Source: Azolla caroliniana (Eukaryota > Plantae > Polypodiophyta). From it: a DNA stretch of 12,062 nucleotides. The translations under genes and the position numbers were made by a program. Shown piece after piece: positions 1 to 6,300 of the stretch (position 1 is the stretch's first letter; every line of letters begins with the position of its first letter). Below the pieces are notes generated by a model. The model was not told the origin of the DNA. It saw only the letters and a program-made list of their open reading frames with translations, and searched no databases. The stretch lies in the NCBI GenBank assembly GCA_043228905.1, contig JBHGNT010001100.1:1-12062 (forward strand), read 5' to 3'.

Positions 1-302
1 ACAATTCCTTTTTGTTCCGACATGTCCTTAGTTTTCTCATGGCTACTATCGTATGAAATATTTTCAGAGTGAGTAAATCCTCGAGAGAAAAGGGTGTCAG
101 CTTTGTGTCTCCAAGATGGTGAAGTAGATGTTGGTATTCTTTTTTCATCACGACCTTCAAAAGGTAAAATATGCATTGGACCCTTTTCTTGTGTCAAGTC
201 AGAATAAGCACCTATTAATTGCTCACTTGTGTTAGCAACTTTATTGAAGGAGCTTTTTCCTGCTACATATTCATTCTTCTCAACCTTAACAATTTCCCAA
301 GG
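1..302 (-). CDS. PEX14: PEX14 coding exon 11 (partial, runs off the window)
   Basis: Acceptor tgttttgcag, then 100 open codons PWEIVKVEKNEY...SPSWRHK...EQKGI. Completes the K|PWE motif. Confidence 0.88.
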
Positions 303-3300
303 CTGCAAAACAGTAGATATATTAACACACAAGCAGTTTCATTAGAGTAATTATATTACATAAGAATTGCAATTTGATTTTTACTCATGCATATATATGT
401 TAGCAGTAAGGCAAACAATAATGTTTACTTATCGATATTATTAACCCTGTTATCTCTTTGTCTCACAAAATCCACACAGAAAAGGAAGTGTCTTGATACT
501 GGCCAAAATCATGTTTAGTATAGTGATGACAAAACCATTCGATCCAATTGATAATGTGTTTCTATGTTATATTCATTCTTTTGTCAAACACAATCCATAT
601 ATTCATGTAAATCTAAGTTTCAATTCTTTTTAACAAAGAACAAGCTGACACTGGGCTACTGAATGATTAGAGTAGGCCACTTGCCACAAGCAAATGGTAT
701 AATTGTCTGAGAGATTAAATTATCTGAGGGTCTCACCATCAGCAACCAAAGTCATCACTCAAAATGTTGACAGATTGAGCTAAAAGGACCTCAAGGATTG
801 TTTGGCATGCAGCCTCTGCTCAGGATTAAGCTACTTGTGGAAAAGGAGGGTCACTGTTAGGAGAATCTGGTTGACCACCAACCTTATAGCGATAAGAGAG
901 GAAGCAGAAGTCCAGACCATTGACTTCATCCAAACCGACTCAAGGACTAGCATGAACTGTTAGGCAGGGTATGTTGAATAAGTGACAACTACTGAAGGAG
1001 AAACTAACTCGTGTCGGGTATGAAGGCTCAAGAATTCTCCATTCGTACATTTATTAAGGCCCTTCCAACTAAAGCTCTCTTGAGAGCTTCTAGGACATAT
1101 TTGGGTCACGTGGCCAGTGACAACTGGCCAAATGCCCTAAAATCACATTCTAATAAAACATTAGAAGTTTGCCCCCTTAAAAACAGAGTACTTGGGGGCT
1201 CCAAAACGTTTGTTTATCTTCTCCCTCTCCCGTGTTTTCTCTGCACTTGAGGCATTTTCTTTCCTGTTACTCCTTCAAATCCACCATTACAGATAGGTGG
1301 CACCAAAACGAACCTCTTGGCTGACTCTCAACTGGTATCAAAGTAACATTCTAACTCTTGAAACAAAAGCGCTGCCAACAAAAGAGTGTTGTTGATGCAA
1401 TTCTCGAAGCACTTCAAGTTTCTTGCAGAGGTTTCATCATGAGAACAGGTTCAAAATAGAAGGAATCCCATAAAGACTTGCTGTTTGTAGGTACTCCAAT
1501 GCAAGGAACCTTCACTGTAATATTCCATCCAAATTCAGTTCAAATTGGTTCTGCATATTCCCCTTGCTGCCCCACCAAAGTGTCAAAGATCAACACGATC
1601 TCATCAGAAAATAGAAATATTTGTATGACTATACTTGCTAGACATGCTCTTGAACCCCAGAATGTTATGCAATGTGATACCTAATTTACAAGGTAGCATC
1701 TATCTTAGGTATGCATTTTGCATCACGCTCCCAAATTTCAGCCAAAATATAACATCAATATCTTGCGCTACATCACTTAGTCCTAACCCCTTATCCCATG
1801 GATACCCTTTACAATTCCAAAACATGATTTTCAAAATTGAGGTATCTATGGTCCCATGGGTCATCACCATTGCTGTAGAATACTTAGTATACAAACGCAT
1901 AGAATACATATGCTAAGTATTCTAAAAGTATTTGAATATGTATTTTACAGATAAAATATGTTAAATACTTAAAATATGCGTAGATTATTTTAAATACGTA
2001 GAATACGTGTAAAATATGTTAAATACTTCTTAAAATTTAAAGCTTTTTTTTTTAATCTTAAAATTTTAAATTTCTTTAAACTTTTTTGAAATGTTAAATA
2101 ATTGTTAAATACATAAGAATATATAGAATACGTGAAAAATTATAAACTGGCAGTTCTAAAATGTAGAATACGTGTAAAATAATTCAGAGTATTCTAGCAT
2201 GTATTCGCGTTTTTTAACAACTATGGTCATCACTTTCTATGCAGTTTGAATTTCTTTCTTAGATGCATATGCTCTTGCTACAAAGAAACTTGTACCCTTG
2301 AGATACACCCTACTTCTATCTAAGATGATAGCTCTTTTGCATTCATCTTGGATTCTACAAACAATTGCTCTAACCTTTTCTTACAAACCCCATGTGCGGC
2401 ATATACAGTAACATCTCGCATAACAAAACGATCTTCAAAGAATTTTGTAATATTCTCTATCTGAAAAAGTGCATTCTCTATTTCATCCTTTGGCATGCCT
2501 CTAAAACAATATTACTCTTTTGTTCTTTCAATTTCATATTGCTCTTTTGGATCTTGTGCATTTGTAGTGCTAGAATTCATTGCAAGATTTTTATGTACTA
2601 AGGTCTTTGGTGCTTCTATTAGGAGCACATCTTTCCACTTTGTCATGATCGCATCTCCCTTTCCTTCAGTGTAGATTTCATTTCAACATTTGCCTTCATT
2701 AGCATCTCTTTTTTTACTTCTAGATTTATCATTTTCTTTCTAAGTTCAAGCATCCAATTTTTCATTGCATGTAGTTCCTCTTTCAAAGTTTTCATCTCTA
2801 TATCTTGAATCTCCATTGCATGTTGAGGATTTAATTCTCTTTCTTTACAAGCATGTGTTTCATTTAGCAAATTCATAACTGTTTCTTGCATATATACATG
2901 GTTGCTAGTTTCTCAATGGATAGATTCTGCACATCCTTCTTTGGGCTTTCATTTACATCATCAATAGCTCTTACACCCCTTGGCATATTTACTACTAATG
3001 AATAGACAGGTAAAGGAGAATGGACCTTGTAGTCACCAAGATAGGGTTACGAAAATTAACCTTCAGTTGTAGGAAACATGGAGTCGTGAAGGTAGCGGAG
3101 AAAATCTATCATAACTCATCGCCACGATATCAGAACCTGCTGTCTAAACATATTAGAAAGTTTTCTTTGAGAGAGCTTTCTGATGAGCTAAAGATCAGAA
3201 AAAATGGTGAACTGAGCAGAAAACGGCAAGCTGAAAACAGAGAGAGAGAGAGTACATCCTTGTTCACTCCAATTGTGCTAACCACAACCTCCGACAACCC

Positions 3301-6300
3301 ATTAGGAGACCACAACTTTCCTGACACAGATTCATACAATGCATAGATTTTCCATGGCATATCTATAGCAACACCAAGGGCTTCTAGCCGCTGCATGTTG
3401 TGAGCGCATGGTAGTGTGTCAAAAACCTTTTGATAACAATATGATAAGGGCTTGCAAGGACAGCATGTGATCCAATATGGTGAACCCCTTCCAAAAGCCT
3501 GCCTGTCCAGCTGAACAGATTTCTTTCTGCCTGTACACTCAATTCTGACTCTAGAATTGAGCCATATAGTTTTCCAAGTAAGGGCCAATAATGATTGTCC
3601 TATAATTGCTTACCATCATGGGGTCTCCATTCTTGAAGATTGGCACATTGGTATGTTCTTTCCAGCTAGTGTAAAAATCTTCACACAGCTCTATTAAAAA
3701 TGTGCGCATTGATGGGTCTCTGCATGCATAACAATATTTGTGGTGCTGAAGGCGTCTTCAAAACACCAGCATCTGTCCTTAGAGAGCCATTGCAATTCCA
3801 TATAGTCATGCATACAGTCTAATAGGCCATACATCATCAAGCAACTCTTTTCTCTGTAATAACGACCTTACCATCTCTATATACAGCCAATTTTCCTTCC
3901 TCTCTTGCATCTAGATTAAATATTTAGAGACATACAGGCGTGCATGCATGTACACACACTTGATATGACGAACACATTTTGCAAAATTCCTTCCCCACTC
4001 GTTCTTACTTTAGACTGGAATGAGACTCTCATACATATTCTTTACAAGGAAAATTTCCACAAATTTCTTATGGACAAACATCCAACATGCTTACGTCAAA
4101 AAACAATTCTTGCCACAGTTATTCCCTAGATGCTCTATGAAGTTATTCTAAGCAAGTATACCTTTGGTCTTGGCTGCAAACGAGACATAGAAGGAGGCCG
4201 ATGTGGGTTTGGAGGCTTATCATTGATTTCCTGTTAAGTTTTCAAAATACAGTTTTCAAAATTCTTACATTTTCTATGAGAACAAGTTATGTAGAAGTTA
4301 CAATGTTTTACCAGAATCCCAGGAGGTTTTTCTCCACGTTCTAAAATAGCCAAAACCTTAGCCACAAGAAAGAAACATTAATTAAGTTCATTGAAAGAAA
4401 AGGAGCATCACCCATTAGATCTAAATGTTATGTAACCATAAGAAGTCTATAGAAATTTAAAACAGCAGTGTCTTGATATCTCAAATAATGCTAACCCTTT
4501 TAAAGAGATTGTTGTATTCATGTAATATGAGTGTGATCTTGATGCAGCCCATGGAAAAAGGACATAAAGCAATTGACTCAATGGTGATCACAGAGTTTCT
4601 TGTCACCATCACAATAATTATCTTCCTATATTAGGACATCCTGCATTTTTCTTTGAATCCTCTATACCACTGATGGTCATTCAAGAGGATCATAAGGGAG
4701 TCCCAATTTAAAAATTAACTCCATCAATCAATCTTTAATAGTTGAATACACCTAGGCTAGAAAAGACTACAAGGTTACACAAAATGTTAGAGAAAAATGA
4801 AAAAAGAAGATCAGAACCGTACATATCAGATAAGAACCAGGATTTTTTCATTTTCAGTACATCTATCTACATTGTCAGCAGACAATAGAAGTTTTGTTCT
4901 TCTATATCCAGGAACAATGGTGGAAAGGAGAAGTATTTCACCTCAAGGTAAGATGCTGAATGTGGAGCGTGGTCAGGTTTTTTTGATTGACTTTCTTCTG
5001 GTACTTGATCTGTTAACAACAAAGACATCACTTAAACAACCATTGATGTATCAAGTTTTTGCAAGAAATAACAAAACACGAGATCCCTGACATATCACAC
5101 ACCTCTACTCCTTGTTGCACTCCTTGTTGCACCAGTTGGTTTGCCCAATAGCTAGTTTGCAAAGACCAAAAATATTTCTATATTAGGTGCATTATAAAGT
5201 ACAGCATTAGTAACTAAAGTTATTCACCAAAAGAAAAAATGTGATAATCTCATCTATCAAAGGAAAGATATGATCTCAAGCACTGGACGCACAACTTAAA
5301 GGGCTAATAAAAAGTAATTGGCATATCTTGCTCAGGTGCCTGGCATATGTTACAATAGCTCAATTTCCTACATATTCTATCTTGGAAGCTCTTCATAAAG
5401 GGGGTTTCTGCTATGGCTACAAATATTAGCCGCAATAACAGGACAATAAGGAAAATCCTCAATTTTTAGGACAGAACCCAAATAACTTGTATGAGGATTG
5501 ACTGCAAACTGTTTCCGAGCAAATTCTCAAATATTTCACACCATCTCGATTTTTTCTTTGGAATAATTATGTATTTAATCTAGTTTTAGGTTACCACAAG
5601 ATTAGAAAATTGCTGTATTTAGATGGAAGAATTTACACCTTCTGGCCAGGCGCCAAATCTGAATTTTTCCAATTACCATTTGATTGCACTGCAAGAAACA
5701 CATCATTTGTGTGTAAAATAAAGTAACTAAAAGGTTAAGATAAAATATTACATATTATCATCTTCACACACTATAGTTCTTCCAGTGCTTTAAGTAATTG
5801 AGCATAGGACATCATCATAAATATTGGATACACATTAATAGCAAATATGATCATTTCTAGCCATTCACTAAAACATAAAACAGATTTCCCCAAAAGATGC
5901 ATTGTGACTTGATATCCTCTAAACTTATATACCAAGGTGAAACTCATTGTGGAGCATATAAGCATTACTCTGAGCTATATTACGAGAACATGTTTATGGG
6001 CATGGCTCTTTTAACCGGTGTATACAATTCAACCAAAGAATTCTCCAAAAATCAACTTTCAGGGACAAGGAATGGGAGGGGGAAGGGAAGTTCAAAAATG
6101 GTTGCCTATTGTGATTTGTAACTATGCACGTAAGCTCATTTGAATCTTACACGATAAATAGTTATCTCTGTGCAGATGTAGATGTCATGAGAAGTTTAAT
6201 GGAGGGGACACTAATGTGTGATGTACACTTCATAATAATGAGACAGGCAAGGTACTTGCTGGATTGTGGTGTGCAATTCTACAATGAAGCAAATGCAAGA

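Larger units (their letters stand above)
1690..3252 (-). mobile_element. Degenerate LINE copy B, 5' part: CT-rich leader, ORF1 (ATG 2986), start of ORF2 endonuclease; interrupted by the hAT MITE
   Basis: Coiled-coil ORF1 (supplied ORF 2643..2891), then RGMPKDE..AAHGV..RAIVCRIQDECKRAIILDRSRVYLKG. After removing the MITE it continues KIMFWNCKGYPW...DIDVI.LAEIWE (APE motifs I-II). Multiple stops and frameshifts. Confidence 0.82.

Noticed and set aside
1072-1093. Hairpin followed by CTAG as a Helitron 3' end
   Set aside because: CTAG directly abuts the hairpin without the usual ~10-nt spacer and is not followed by T, and no matching 5' TC end is identifiable.
3020-3346. 108-aa plus-strand ORF
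   Set aside because: It is antisense to the LINE RT and LINE leader and crosses the (AG)7 junction, so it is most simply a chance shadow ORF.
4154-4161. Donor GTATACTT resembling the U12 consensus GTATCCTT
   Set aside because: It mismatches at the diagnostic +5 C, there is no TCCTTAAC branch site near acceptor 303, and a normal pyrimidine tract is present.
4581-4609. Short inverted repeats (ATGGTGA..TCACCAT; also ATGGATGC..GCATCCAT near 8296-8323)
   Set aside because: Stems of 7-8 bp are expected by chance in 12 kb, and there is no TSD or miRNA-length stem.
4797-5090. 97-aa plus-strand ORF (also 7366..7587 and 2392..2601)
   Set aside because: These are antisense shadows of PEX14 exons or of LINE ORF1.
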